The notes beneath the pieces were generated by a model. That model did no database searches and was not told the origin of the DNA. It was given only the letters and a program-made list of their open reading frames with translations. A DNA stretch of 64,000 nt, from positions 2,592,001-2,656,000 of the forward strand of contig CAVRAY010000001.1 of the NCBI GenBank assembly GCA_963719225.1. Direction: 5' to 3'. Position 1 is the first letter of the stretch. Every line of letters starts with the position of its first letter. A program made the position numbers and the translations under genes. This document shows, in pieces, positions 1 through 11,600 of this stretch. This stretch comes from Thermoanaerobaculia bacterium. GTDB lineage: Bacteria > Acidobacteriota > Thermoanaerobaculia > UBA5066.

Positions 1-32
1 ATTGTCCGTGCTCGAAAGCAAGGCCTGGCCCC

Positions 33-716
33 TCACACCCCTTTCGCCGGCGCCGGCGGCGGAGCCGCAGGCTTCGGCGGCGGGGGAGGCGGCATGCGGT
101 TGATCGCGAGGCCGCGCTCGGCGAGCGCCGGGAGAAGAGGGAGGCCCGAGGGCTCGAACTCCCCCGCCTTCTTCATCGGGCTCTCGCCCTCGTATGGCCG
201 GTAGCCGTAGCCCGGGCCGTCGGGGCCCGTGTCGGACGGCTTCTCCGTGAGTTCGGGGATGCCGAGGATGGCGCTCTTGCGGTCGAAGAAGGAGAGCTCG
301 TAGTCCTTCGTCATCCAGATCGCGTCCTTCGGGCACGCGTCGACGCAGTATCCGCAGAAGACGCACCGCAGCATGTCGATCTCGAACTTCACCGGGTACT
401 TCTCGTACGCGAGGACGGGATGCTCGCCCGCCTCGATATAGATGCACTCGGCCGGACAGGCCGTCTCGCACATGTAGCAGGCCACGCACTTGAGCGTGCC
501 GTCCTCGCGTGCCTTGAGGATGTGGCGTCCGCGGAAACGGCCGGAGTAGTTCCTGCGCATCTCGGGGTACTGGATCGTCGGCATGCCCTTGATGTTCCCG
601 AGGTTCTTCACGAGGTGGCCGAGCGTGCGCGCGAGGCCCTTGAAGATCTCCGGTAGATAGAGACGCTCGAGAAACGTGGGTTGGGGAGCGTTGACGGTGA
701 CGACGCGTGCGGCCAT
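33..716 (-). CDS. nuoI: NADH-quinone oxidoreductase subunit I (2x[4Fe-4S])
   Basis: Two ferredoxin motifs (CVACYMCETACP, CVFCGYCVDACP); TIQYPE and RFRGRH motifs; downstream of nuoCD; Pro-rich tail. Confidence 0.95.
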   Translation of the reverse strand: MAARVVTVNAPQPTFLERLYLPEIFKGLARTLGHLVKNLGNIKGMPTIQYPEMRRNYSGRFRGRHILKAREDGTLKCVACYMCETACPAECIYIEAGEHPVLAYEKYPVKFEIDMLRCVFCGYCVDACPKDAIWMTKDYELSFFDRKSAILGIPELTEKPSDTGPDGPGYGYRPYEGESPMKKAGEFEPSGLPLLPALAERGLAINRMPPPPPPKPAAPPPAPAKGV

Positions 717-727
717 GTGCTACCTGC

Positions 728-2460
728 CTACCGGTCCAGCTCGCCGGCGATGATGTTCAGCAAGCCGAGCGTGGCGACGGCATCGGACACCATGCCGCCC
801 TTGATGATCTTCTCGAACGCCGCGAAGAGCGGGAAGCACGGCGGCCTGACTTTGATCCGGTACGGGAAACCGCTGCCGTCCGACACGAGCGAGAAACCCA
901 GCTCGCCGTTGCCGCCTTCCGTGAAGGAGTAGATTTCCCCCGGCGGCACCTTCACGCCCTCGAAGACGAGCTTGAAGTGGTAGATGAGCGCCTCCATTTC
1001 GTTGTAGACCATCTCCTTGGGCGGCAGGATGACTCGGTAGTCGTCCGAGTTGATCGGGCCCTTCGGGAACCGCGCGAGGAGCTGTTCGATGATCCGCATC
1101 GACTGCCGCATCTCCTCCATCCTCACGAGGTAGCGCGCGAAGTTGTCGCCGTCCGTCGAGATCGGGACGTCGAAGTCCACGTCGCCATACATCTCGTACG
1201 GCTTGTCCTTGCGGACGTCGTACGCGACGCCGGAAGCCCTCAGGCACGGCCCGGTGAAGCCCCAGGAGAGAGCCTGCTCCTTCGAGACGACGCCCACGCC
1301 GCGCAACCTGTTCCAGACGATCCTGTTCTTCGTGACGAGGCCGTCGACGTCGGCCATCCGGTCGCGGATCGTGGGCAGGAGCGACCGCGACCACTCGACG
1401 AAGTTGTCCGGCACGTCCTTCGCGAGCCCGCCGATGCGCGCGTACGAGGACGTCAGGCGCGCGCCGCAGCAGGCCTCGAGGAGGCCGTAGATCTCCTCGC
1501 GCGGCTGGTACGCGTACCAGTAGTTCGTGAGCGCGCCGATGTCGACGAGGTTCGCCGCGATGCAGACGAGATGGTCCATGATCCTCGAGAACTCGTTCAG
1601 CACCGTGCGCGCGGCCTTCGCGCGCGGCGGCACCTCGACGCCGAGCATCTGCTCGACGGCGCGCACGTAACCGTTGCCGTTGATCATGGGCGAGCAGTAG
1701 TTGAGCCGATCGGTGTACGGCACGACCTGCACCCACGTGTGCGTCTCGGACATCCCCTCGAAGCAGCGGTGCAGGTACCCGCACTCGGACTCGGCCGCCA
1801 CGATCTTCTCGCCGTCCACGCGCATCACGACGCGGAGCGTGCCGTGCGTCGCCGGGTGGGACGGCCCCATGTTCAGCGTCATCGTCTCGAACATCTCGGC
1901 CGGGTCGTCCGTCTTGGCGGCGAGCTCCGTCTGGAGGAGGTCTTCCTCGGTGCAGAGCCAGCGCTGCTTCTTGTCGTAGTCCTTGCGCAGCGCGTGGCCG
2001 ACGAACCCGTTGTGCGTGAGGAGCCGCTGGAGGTTCGGGTGGCCGTCGAACCTGATTCCCATGAGGTCCCAGGCTTCGCGCTCGAACCAGTTCGCGGCGG
2101 GCCAGATGCCGACGAGAGAGGGGGCGGCCGGCTCCTTCGCGGGCAGGTTCACGCGCAGCCTTAGGTGCTCGTTCCTCTTCGTCGAGTAGAGGATGTAGTT
2201 CGCCTGGAAGCGGGTCCCGTCCTTCGGAGCCTGATCGCCGGGAAGCTTCGAGCGGTCTACGGAGGCGAGATCGAGAAACAGGTCGTACGCGGTCGCGGGA
2301 TCGTCCCTCAGGAAGAGGGCGGCTTCCTTCAGCGTCGCGGCGTCCGTGACGAGCGTCGGGATGTCGAACGCCGGCCGCGGCTCCACCTGGACGCGGCCGC
2401 CGAGCTTCTGATCGAGGACCGGCCCGAACGAAATGGTAGATGGAGCGGCGAAAGTCGCCC

Positions 2461-2464
<4 letters not shown>
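728..2464 (-). CDS. nuoCD: NADH-quinone oxidoreductase fused subunit C/D
   Basis: NuoC motif [22 protein letters not shown], then NuoD motifs [18 protein letters not shown]-terminal GELDR. Start placed at ATG 2464, overlapping the nuoB stop (ATGA), not at 3190. Confidence 0.95.
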
Positions 2465-3183
<719 letters not shown>

Positions 3184-3256
3184 GGCGCACCCCGGACGCT
3201 TGTGAAAAGCGTCACGAGCGGGATTCTACGTCAGGCGGGAAGGGCTCGCGGGGGCC

Positions 3257-5980
3257 TCACGGAATGTCGGCGTCGATGGAGCTCCAATCGAACCTGATGA
3301 CGACTCCTCCGTTCGCAGGGGTCTCGAAATTCTGAATCTTGTCGGAGAGGGTCCAGACGCCCCCGATGATCGGAAGATCGAGATCCACTCCCTCTGATCC
3401 GCCGCTCAAGGGATACGGGCACGACTCCTCGTAACCCGGAAAGGCCTGTTTCTGGAAGAGGGCACCTGTCATGAAGAAGCCGGAAGCTCCCTGGAACCTG
3501 CCCAGGAGATTGTTGAGCTCGATGCGGTGCGGGACGCCCGTGACTGCCGTGATCATGCATCCCTGGGCCGCGCGACACGTCTCCAGGCTGCAGGCGACGA
3601 GGTTACCGGGAATCGGCAGGTCCGGATGGAACGAGAGGTCGTCCGAGAAGCGGAAGTTGTTTACCACGTACTCGGGGTCCGGGTTCTCTCTCGGCTGCGT
3701 GCTGACTTCGGGGTCGAAGCTCTTCAGGGAGACGTCGTTCGAGCCGCCGCAACGAATGTCCAGCGTGTAGCTCGCCCGGAATTTGAAATTCCGGCGGATG
3801 AGGTTGAAGCCGAACTTGACCAGCGCCGGACGGTTCGCCTTCGAGTTGACGGTCACGCTCGAAGCGACGGGCACGTAGACGTGGGCGATGCGAGAGGGAG
3901 CCGTGTAGTTGGTCTGGAGGCGGGTCGTGCTGTCGAGCGAGCCTGAGCTCGGCTTCGCCCACTTCACGGTGACGTTGTTGAGGACCGCTCCGACGAACTC
4001 GTACGTGAACTCCGAGCCGGCGCTCGAAGGCGTCGTGCGGACGTCCACCTGAAGGGGCAGCTTGCCCTTGGTCGGGAGCCACTCCGGCACTCTGACCGCG
4101 ATCGCCTGGTTCGCGCCGAGCCGGCTCGAGCTCGGTACCTTGAGCGCCGTCCGCGTCGTCCGCGCCGCGGCGGGCACGTCTGCGGGGCTCGTGCTACGAA
4201 CGCGAATGAGGAGGGAACGCGACGACGTGTCGATCTGTCCACCCGTCAACGCCGCCCAGCCCGCGCCCGCGAGCACGGCGACGGCGACTCCGTCGATCCC
4301 TTCGGCGGGCAGAGTCCCGGTTCCATAGCGAAGACTCAGGACCGCCGGTTTCGCGAAGGAGAGGCCGGCCGGCGAAAGGTCGTAGCCGGAGCCGAGGGCG
4401 CCCGGAGCCTCGTTCGTGGTAATCCCGATCGACATCGGCGTCGGCGCGCCGAGCGCTCCGGCCGGCACGCGCAGCGTCAGCGTTCCGTCGCTGGAGCGAA
4501 TGGCTCCGCCCGACGAACCGATCACGGCGGATTGCGGAATGTCCGCGGGCAACGGCATGACCGGCGTGACGACGGGGTCGCCCGAGGCGTTGTCGATGGA
4601 CGAGTCGAAGACGTCCACGCTCCCCGAGGTGACCTTGACCTCCAGCGTCGCGTCGTCGGGGATCGGTACGGTCGGAAAAAGGTCCTGGACGTTCGGCTGC
4701 GTCCAGCCGAAGACTCCGAGGGAGCCCGTCGTCGTCATCACCGTCGCCCCCGATGTGTTCCGGAGCGTCAGGAAATAGGCGCCCCCGTCCGGCCCCGCCG
4801 CGAAACCCACGTTCGTCCGGAACGTCGCACTCTGCCGGATGCCCGTAACGACGGCGCCCGCGTCCGCCGACATCAGGAACGAGAGCAGCGGCGTCGGCTT
4901 CTGCTGCGCACCATACGTCCCCGGCTTGACGCCGAAGGGATCCACGTTGCTGGTCCGGCAGAGGATCGCGAGGGGCAGGTCGCTCTCGAACCGCACGGCA
5001 CCGGCCGAGCCGACGGGCAGATCGAGAAGGGACCCCAGCACGTCGACGACGTCTAGGATCTTCCCGCCTCCGACCGTGAACGTGCGGGCGACCGGGCTCG
5101 GGTTCGAGGCGCCCGAGGCGTGGAAAGAGACCTTCACGAGCGCATCGTCCTCGGAAGGGTTGAAGAAGCGCCCATCCGTCCGGAAGAACGTGTTGTTCTT
5201 TCCGTTCGAGCGCGCGACGCCGTTGACGAGGACGTCTTGACGGCCGGCGGGTAGAGCTTCAAACGTGAAGAGCGAGCTGTCGCCCGTGACGTTGTCGACG
5301 ACGACGGAGTATGCGGCGGCCCTTCCGCGGACGACCTGGATCTCGGCGCGTGCGACCGCGACGGAGCCCGCGAAGCCCGCCCCGAACTGCTGAAAACCCG
5401 GCGTGTCGAGGCTGAATTCCTGCGAGCCCAGCGCGACGCCGTTCGCGTCGTAGACCGTGACCGCGGCCTCGCCACCCTCTTCATCCGGGAAAACGACCGC
5501 GACGTTCGTGCGGTAGCCGGAGGTCCCGTCCGCCGACTGGCTGATCCAGAGGCTGTCGGCCGATTCCCCGGCCGAGAGCAGCCGGTCGTCCGCGAAGACG
5601 GGCAGCGCGACTCCGTACGTGCCGGAAGCCGCCGTGTTGTACGTCCTCGCGCGGATGAGGAGCGGGACGTCGCTGGTGACCTGCGTCGCCCCGGCACCCT
5701 GGGCGCCCCACAGGCGGTCGAGGACGTTTCGATAGGCGACCGTCTCCCCCGCGCCCAGCGTGACCTGCCTTGGCGTCGTTCCGTTCGCCGGGACGAACGA
5801 GATCGTCGCCTGCGCCGCGACGCTCCCGGGATTCGTCACCGCGAGATCGGAGACGAACCGCGTGTTATTCAGCCCGCCGGCGTTGACCGTGCCGGGCACT
5901 GTCCACGTCGAGGCCTCCACGGGTATGCCCGCCAACAGAACGAAAAGAAGGGCCGCACTGAGGACCGCGATGCTCCGCAT
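3257..5980 (-). CDS. Secreted modular protein A: signal peptide, four-module scaffold, ZU5-like domain, variable Cys-containing C-terminus
   Basis: Signal peptide MRSIAVLSAALLFVLLAGIPVEA with GGAGG RBS; ZU5-like segment IGSSGGAIRSSDGTLTLRVPAGAL...YDLSPAGLSFAKPAVLSLRY; paralog of 6004..8718. Confidence 0.8.
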   Translation of the reverse strand: MRSIAVLSAALLFVLLAGIPVEASTWTVPGTVNAGGLNNTRFVSDLAVTNPGSVAAQATISFVPANGTTPRQVTLGAGETVAYRNVLDRLWGAQGAGATQVTSDVPLLIRARTYNTAASGTYGVALPVFADDRLLSAGESADSLWISQSADGTSGYRTNVAVVFPDEEGGEAAVTVYDANGVALGSQEFSLDTPGFQQFGAGFAGSVAVARAEIQVVRGRAAAYSVVVDNVTGDSSLFTFEALPAGRQDVLVNGVARSNGKNNTFFRTDGRFFNPSEDDALVKVSFHASGASNPSPVARTFTVGGGKILDVVDVLGSLLDLPVGSAGAVRFESDLPLAILCRTSNVDPFGVKPGTYGAQQKPTPLLSFLMSADAGAVVTGIRQSATFRTNVGFAAGPDGGAYFLTLRNTSGATVMTTTGSLGVFGWTQPNVQDLFPTVPIPDDATLEVKVTSGSVDVFDSSIDNASGDPVVTPVMPLPADIPQSAVIGSSGGAIRSSDGTLTLRVPAGALGAPTPMSIGITTNEAPGALGSGYDLSPAGLSFAKPAVLSLRYGTGTLPAEGIDGVAVAVLAGAGWAALTGGQIDTSSRSLLIRVRSTSPADVPAAARTTRTALKVPSSSRLGANQAIAVRVPEWLPTKGKLPLQVDVRTTPSSAGSEFTYEFVGAVLNNVTVKWAKPSSGSLDSTTRLQTNYTAPSRIAHVYVPVASSVTVNSKANRPALVKFGFNLIRRNFKFRASYTLDIRCGGSNDVSLKSFDPEVSTQPRENPDPEYVVNNFRFSDDLSFHPDLPIPGNLVACSLETCRAAQGCMITAVTGVPHRIELNNLLGRFQGASGFFMTGALFQKQAFPGYEESCPYPLSGGSEGVDLDLPIIGGVWTLSDKIQNFETPANGGVVIRFDWSSIDADIP

Positions 5981-8650
5981 GCTAAAAACCTCCCGGCTCA
6001 TCGTCAGGGAGCATCGACGGAATAGACCCGGTAGGAATAGAGCGAGTAGGGGTCGAGGATCGAATGTTCCGGGAACCATACGTTCTCCTGATCGATGGGC
6101 ACCGTTCGGGAAAAAGAGTCTGGCAACTTCACCGGTTCCACACGGAAATCCTCATAGGGAAACTTGCCCCCGGAAATCATGGCGCCCGGTAACTCGACGG
6201 TCCAACCGATCTCGAAAACGAACCCTCTCTTGCCGAAATCGTAGTTGGAAAATGGCGTCAATTCCACGGTTCCGTCAACGATTCCGTCAGTGTCCGGAGT
6301 CAGCGTCGTATACCACTTGCTCGCGTCGCCGACGGTGTAGGCGGGACAAAGCGCCCATACAGGTTTCTCGAGGCCATAAATCGCCCCGGTCAACGTGAGC
6401 GAGCCGACATCCAGGATCCTGAACCCGACTTTCTGGGAATTGTGCCATTTCACCGTGTAGGGATTGATCTGCTCCGCGCAGGGCGGGCTGTTGAACGTGA
6501 AGTCGGTCTCGATCACCCAGTTCTTTCGCACGATCTCCACGCTCGCGAGAACGTCAACTAAGGACTCAGCGCCACGGACGGACACTCGGAGGCTCGCAAT
6601 CGAGGAGGCGCTCGGGATCCGGGGGGGCGCGACAAATGTCGCGTTCAGCTGGTTCTTTGGATCCTGCACGATGTTGCCGAGGTCCGGGTGGTTCCATCGG
6701 ACTCTGAGGGCGCTCCGGTCCTCGGGTGAGAGCTTGATCTTGAAACCGGCGGGTTTGACACCGGCAGATGCGGGCCAAACGAGGCCGAGGAAGAGGCCCT
6801 CGGACCCGTTCGTCAGGACGGCCAGCTTCTCACGGCCGACGCTCAGGTTGTTGATCGGCAGGAGGATCGTCCCAGCATCCAGAGCGCCTCGGGCTCCGTA
6901 CGCTTCTAGAGACGAAGCCTGAGGGCTGGTCGACGCGATGGGCACCGAGAGCGTCCCCGCAGCCGGATCCACGCGGCCTCCCACCGCCACAAAAGTGCCG
7001 GAAGCGGTCCGGACCGCGAGGCTAACGCTCACGAGGCCGAGTGCGGGAGCGGGATCGCTCGCTCGGAAGACGAGGAGCGCACTCTTCGCGAGCGGGAGCG
7101 TAGACGGCGTCAGCGCATAGGCCGAGCCGAAAGCCTCCGCGTCCGCGACGGCTTCCGCCGTGAGCGCGACCGGAACGGCAGCCGAGAAAGCGCCGGCCGG
7201 GATCTTCAGTGTCAGTCGTCCGTCGGCGGACCTCACCGAGCCTCCCTGCGGCCCGATCGTGGCGGAGGAAGGGATGCTCACCGGAAGCGGCATGATGGGC
7301 GTGACGACCGGGTCGCCCGAGGCGTTGTCGATGGAGGAATCGAACACGTCGACGCTCCCGGACGTGACTCTCACCTGGAGCGTGGCGTCGTCGGGGATCG
7401 TCGAGCTGGGAAAGAGATCCTGGACGTTCGGCTGCGTCCAGCCGAAGGCTCCGAGCGAAGCGGTCGTCGCCGCGACCGTCGCGCCCGCCGCGCTCTTCAG
7501 CGTCAGCGCGTAATCGGCACCGTCCGGCCCCGCCGCGAAGCCCACGTTCGTCCGGAACGTCGCGTTCTGGCGGATGCCCGTGATGACGGCGCCCGCGTCC
7601 GCCGACATGAGCAACGAGAGGAGCGGTGTCGGTTTCTGCTGCGCGCCATACGTGCCCGCCTTGACTCCGAGAGGATCGACGTTGCTCGTCCGGCAGAGGA
7701 TCGCGACGGGCGCGTCGGTCTCGAACCGCACGGCGCCAGCCGAGCCGACCGGAAGGCCGAGGAGGGAGCCGAGGACGTCGACGACGTCGAGGATGCGCCC
7801 GGCTCCGACGGTGAATGAGCCCGAGGCGGGCGCCGGGTTCGAGGAGCCCGCGGCATGGAAGGAGACCTTTACCTCGGCATCTTCGTCGGTCGGGTTGAAG
7901 AAGCGGCCGTCCGTTCGGAAGAACGTCGAGTTGCGGCCGTTCGCGCGCGCGACTCCGTTCACGAGGACGTCCTGATATCCCGTCGGCAGGTCCTCGAACG
8001 TGAAGAGCGAGGAGTCTCCCGTCACGTTGTCGACGACGACGGAGTAAGCCGCAGCCCGGCCCCGCGTGACCTGCACCTCGGCGCGCGCGACCGACACGGC
8101 TCCCGCGAAGGCGCCCGCACCGAACTGCTGGAATCCCGCAGAGTCCAGCGCGAAGTCCTGCGACCCGACTTCGTTGCCGTCCGCGTCGTAGATCGTCACC
8201 GTCGCCGCGCCGCCGCCGACGTCCGGGAAGACGACGGCGACGTTCGTGCGGTAGCCGGAGCTTCCGTCGCCCGACTGGCTGATCCAGAGGCTGTCGGCCG
8301 GTTTGCCGGGCGAGAGCAGCCGGTCATCCGCAAAGACGGGCAGTGCCACGCCGTACGTGCCCGATGTCGCCGTGTTGTACGTCCGCGCCCGGATGAGGAG
8401 CGGCGCGTCGCTCGCGACCTGCGTCGCTCCGGCTCCCTGAGCGCTCCACAGGCGGTCGAGGACGTTGCGGTAGGCGACCGTCTCCCCGGCGTTGAGCGTG
8501 ATCTGAACGGGCGTCGTGCCGTTCGCCGGGACGAACGAGATCGTCGCGACGACCGGGACGTTCCCTGGATTTGTAACCGCGAGATCGGAAACGAACCGCG
8601 TGTTGTTGAGCCCGCCGGCGTTGACGGTGCCGGGGACCGTCCAGACGGAC
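4450..8650. repeat. Tandem duplication: ~1.45-kb similar segments at ~4450-5910 and ~7190-8650
   Basis: Shared DNA such as gacgttcggctgcgtccagccgaa and gactggctgatccagaggctgtcggccg in both copies; similarity falls off within the ZU5-like domain. Confidence 0.85.
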
Positions 8651-8718
8651 GCCACGGCCGACGTGCCCGTTGCGAATGCGACAAGAACGGCGGCCACGAA
8701 AGCGCGGCGAATCCGCAT
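6004..8718 (-). CDS. Secreted modular protein B, paralog of A with divergent C-terminus
   Basis: Signal peptide MRIRRAFVAAVLVAFATGTSAVA with GGAGG RBS; first ~500 aa nearly identical to protein A; ZU5-like IGPQGGSVRSADGRLTLKIPAGAF; visibly more AT-rich 3' end. Confidence 0.8.
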   Translation of the reverse strand: MRIRRAFVAAVLVAFATGTSAVASVWTVPGTVNAGGLNNTRFVSDLAVTNPGNVPVVATISFVPANGTTPVQITLNAGETVAYRNVLDRLWSAQGAGATQVASDAPLLIRARTYNTATSGTYGVALPVFADDRLLSPGKPADSLWISQSGDGSSGYRTNVAVVFPDVGGGAATVTIYDADGNEVGSQDFALDSAGFQQFGAGAFAGAVSVARAEVQVTRGRAAAYSVVVDNVTGDSSLFTFEDLPTGYQDVLVNGVARANGRNSTFFRTDGRFFNPTDEDAEVKVSFHAAGSSNPAPASGSFTVGAGRILDVVDVLGSLLGLPVGSAGAVRFETDAPVAILCRTSNVDPLGVKAGTYGAQQKPTPLLSLLMSADAGAVITGIRQNATFRTNVGFAAGPDGADYALTLKSAAGATVAATTASLGAFGWTQPNVQDLFPSSTIPDDATLQVRVTSGSVDVFDSSIDNASGDPVVTPIMPLPVSIPSSATIGPQGGSVRSADGRLTLKIPAGAFSAAVPVALTAEAVADAEAFGSAYALTPSTLPLAKSALLVFRASDPAPALGLVSVSLAVRTASGTFVAVGGRVDPAAGTLSVPIASTSPQASSLEAYGARGALDAGTILLPINNLSVGREKLAVLTNGSEGLFLGLVWPASAGVKPAGFKIKLSPEDRSALRVRWNHPDLGNIVQDPKNQLNATFVAPPRIPSASSIASLRVSVRGAESLVDVLASVEIVRKNWVIETDFTFNSPPCAEQINPYTVKWHNSQKVGFRILDVGSLTLTGAIYGLEKPVWALCPAYTVGDASKWYTTLTPDTDGIVDGTVELTPFSNYDFGKRGFVFEIGWTVELPGAMISGGKFPYEDFRVEPVKLPDSFSRTVPIDQENVWFPEHSILDPYSLYSYRVYSVDAP

Positions 8719-8787
8719 GGGACCTCCCGAGCGACTGCAAATCTGCTTCACCGGTAAGAAATGCGAGAATGGGTCTCGATTCACCTC

Positions 8788-9366
8788 ATGGGAGATCCGG
8801 GCGAGGTCACGCGTCTTCTCCGCGAATGGAGCTCGGGGAACCAGGAAGCGCTCGAAAAGCTCCTCCCGCTCGTGTACGACGAGCTACGCCGACAGGCCGG
8901 CGGCTTCTTCCTCAGGGAACGTGGCGACCACACGCTTCAACCTACGGCGCTCGTGCACGAGGCGTATCTGAGGCTCGTCGGCCAGAACGCGATCGACTGG
9001 AAGGATCGGACCCATTTCTTCGGAATCGCGGGCCGGACGATGCGGCAGGTGCTCGTCGACCACGCGCGGGCTCGCAACGCCGAAAAGCGCGGCGGAGGCC
9101 GGGTCCAGGTCGGGCTGGACGTCGCCGACGCGGCCGGCGCCGCGGCGCCGGTCCGAGCGATGGATCTTCTCGACCTCGACCGGGCTCTTTCGCGCCTCGC
9201 CGCGTTCGACGAGCGGCAGGCGCGGCTCGCGGAGCTTCGCCTCTTCGCCGGTCTGACGATCGAGGAATCGGCCGAGGCGCTCCAGATCTCGCACGCCACC
9301 GTGAGTCGAGAGTGGCGGCACGCGGAAGCGTGGCTCCAGCGCGAGATGAGCGAGCCCGCCCCTTGA
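8788..9366 (+). CDS. ECF sigma-70 factor of the kinase-associated type (TIGR02999-like)
   Basis: GEVTRLL, LLPLVYDELRR, HTLQPTALVHEAYLRL, TVSREWRHAEAWL; start could be 8761. Confidence 0.92.
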   Translation: MGDPGEVTRLLREWSSGNQEALEKLLPLVYDELRRQAGGFFLRERGDHTLQPTALVHEAYLRLVGQNAIDWKDRTHFFGIAGRTMRQVLVDHARARNAEKRGGGRVQVGLDVADAAGAAAPVRAMDLLDLDRALSRLAAFDERQARLAELRLFAGLTIEESAEALQISHATVSREWRHAEAWLQREMSEPAP

Positions 9367-11583
9367 CGCCCCAGCTTTTCCAGGCCGCCAAGGCGGTTTA
9401 TCTCGAGGCTCTCGAAATCCCCGGAGCCGAAAGGGCCGCGTTCGTCGCGGCTTCGTGCGGCGCGGACGCGGGCCTCAGGCGGGAAGTGGAGGAGCTCCTC
9501 GGTCTCGAACCGACAGGGCGCCTCGACGCCCTGATCCGGGAGGAGGCGGCGCTCCTCGAGAGGGACGACGGCACGCCTCAGGCGCCCCCCGCTCTACCGG
9601 CCCGCATCGGGCCGTACGAGATCCTGCGCGAGCTCGGTCGCGGCGGCATGGGGACCGTCTATCTCGCGATCCAGCGAGGTCCCGGCTTCGAGCGAAAAGT
9701 TGCTCTGAAGGTGATCCGTGGCGGGCTCGATTCCGCCTTCGTCGTCGCGCGCTTCCGCGCCGAGCAGCGAATCCTCTCGGCGCTCGAGCACCCGAACATC
9801 GCGCGCTTGTACGACGGCGGAACGACCGGGGACGGACTCCCGTGGTTCGCGATGGAGTACGTCGAGGGAGAGCACCTGATCGAATGGGCGGACCGCCGTG
9901 GCCTCGCGCGCGAAGCGCGCCTTCGGCTCTTCCTCGACGTCTGCGCCGCCGTCCAGTTTGCTCATCAGAACTTCGTCGTGCACCGCGACCTCAAGCCGGG
10001 AAACGTCCTCGTCTCGAAAGGCGGCGTCCCCAAGCTCCTGGACTTCGGCCTCGCGAAGCTTCTGGACGTACCGTCGGAGGAGCGCACCGCGACGATGCAC
10101 CGCATTCTCACTCCCGAGTACGCGAGCCCCGAGCAGGTGCGCGGTGACCCGATCACGACCGCGAGCGACGTCTATTCGCTCGGAGTCGTTCTCTTCCGTC
10201 TGCTCACGGGCCGACTTCCGTACCGGCTCCAGGGCCGGTCCGTCGCGGAGATCTCGCACGCCGTGCTCGAGCAACGTCCGATCTCGGAGAAGGCGTCTCT
10301 CGGAGCCGATCTCGACACGATCCTCGAGACTGCTCTCGCGAAAGAGCCCCTTCGGCGCTACGCAACGGCCGAGCGGCTCGCGGACGATATCCGTCGCGCG
10401 CTGGAGCACCGTCCCGTGCTCGCCCGCGGCGACACTATCTCCTACCGCGCCGGAAGGTTCTTCCGGCGTCATTGGCTCTCTCTCGCGGCGGCGGCACTCG
10501 TTTTCCTTTCGCTCGCGGGAGGCTCGGGTGTGGCGCTTTGGCAGGCAAGCCGCGCGCGCGTGAACGAGCGCGCCGCGCTGCGGCGCTTCGAGCAGGTGCG
10601 CGCTCTCGCGAAGACCGTTCTCTTCGATCTCCACGACCAGATCGAGACGCTGCCGGGCTCGACGAAGGCGCGCGCGACGCTCGTCTCGACCTCTCTCCGC
10701 TATCTCGATTCGCTCGCGAAGGAGGCCGGACCGGATCCTACCCTCGTGCGCGAGGTCGCCGCCGGCTATGCGCGCCTCGCCGACATCCAGGGCGGCCGGA
10801 ATGCGAGCCTCGGGGATCGGGAGGGGTCGCTCCACAGCCGGCGGGCGGCGATCGCGCTCCTCGAAAGCCTCGTCACACCCCAGCGGTCAGCCGCGGAAGA
10901 CCTCGAGTCGCTCGCGGCGCAGCTGGATGCCGTGGGTCGCCTGCTCGGGTCGTCGCATCCGGACGCGCCCGCGGCCCACGCGCGGGCGCTCGAAATTCGA
11001 ACGGCACTCCTCGAAAAGGCCCCGTCTTCACCCGCGTTCCAACGGGGGCTCGCGCGGAGCCTGGATGCCTCTGCGAGCTATCACGTCGATCGGAAGGAGT
11101 TTGGCGAGGCACTCGCGCTCCGGCGCCGCGAGCACGAGCTTTTTGCGGGCCTCGCCGCCGGTCCTTCAGCCGCCTCGTCCGATCGGCGGAACCTCGCCCT
11201 GTCTGACAAGTTGCTCGGCGCAGCCCTCCACCAGGCGGGAGACCTCGCAGGCGCGCGGCCGCTCTACGAAGAGGCCGTTGCGCTCGACGAGAGCCCGTGT
11301 CGCAGAAAATTCCAAATCTTCGGAAGCCCGGATGGACCTTTCGTTCAGCGTCGGCTCGCTCGGATCCCTGGCGGTCGACTCGGGAGACCTTCCCCTCGGG
11401 CGCGCGTTGTACACGCGCGCTCTCGCCCTGCGCCAGGAGGTGGCGTCGAGCGACCCCGCGAACGCGTGGGCGCGACGCGCCGTCGCGCGGGCGCACGAGC
11501 GACTCGCAGACATCGAGCGGCGCCTCGGTCACCCCAAGGCAGCGGAGGCTCACCGCCTCAAGGCCCGGCCGCCGGCCGGCTGA
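9363..11583 (+). CDS. Membrane Ser/Thr protein kinase with C-terminal TPR-like region; +1 frameshift near 11292
   Basis: TTG overlaps sigma stop; LGRGGMGTVY, VALK, HRDLKPGN, DFGLAK, TPEYASPE; TM helix LSLAAAALVFLSLAGGSGVALW; helical repeats continue in another frame (ARVAENSKSSEARMDLSFS...) to TGA 11583. Confidence 0.88.
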
Positions 11584-11600
11584 GACAAGCTCGACGAGTT

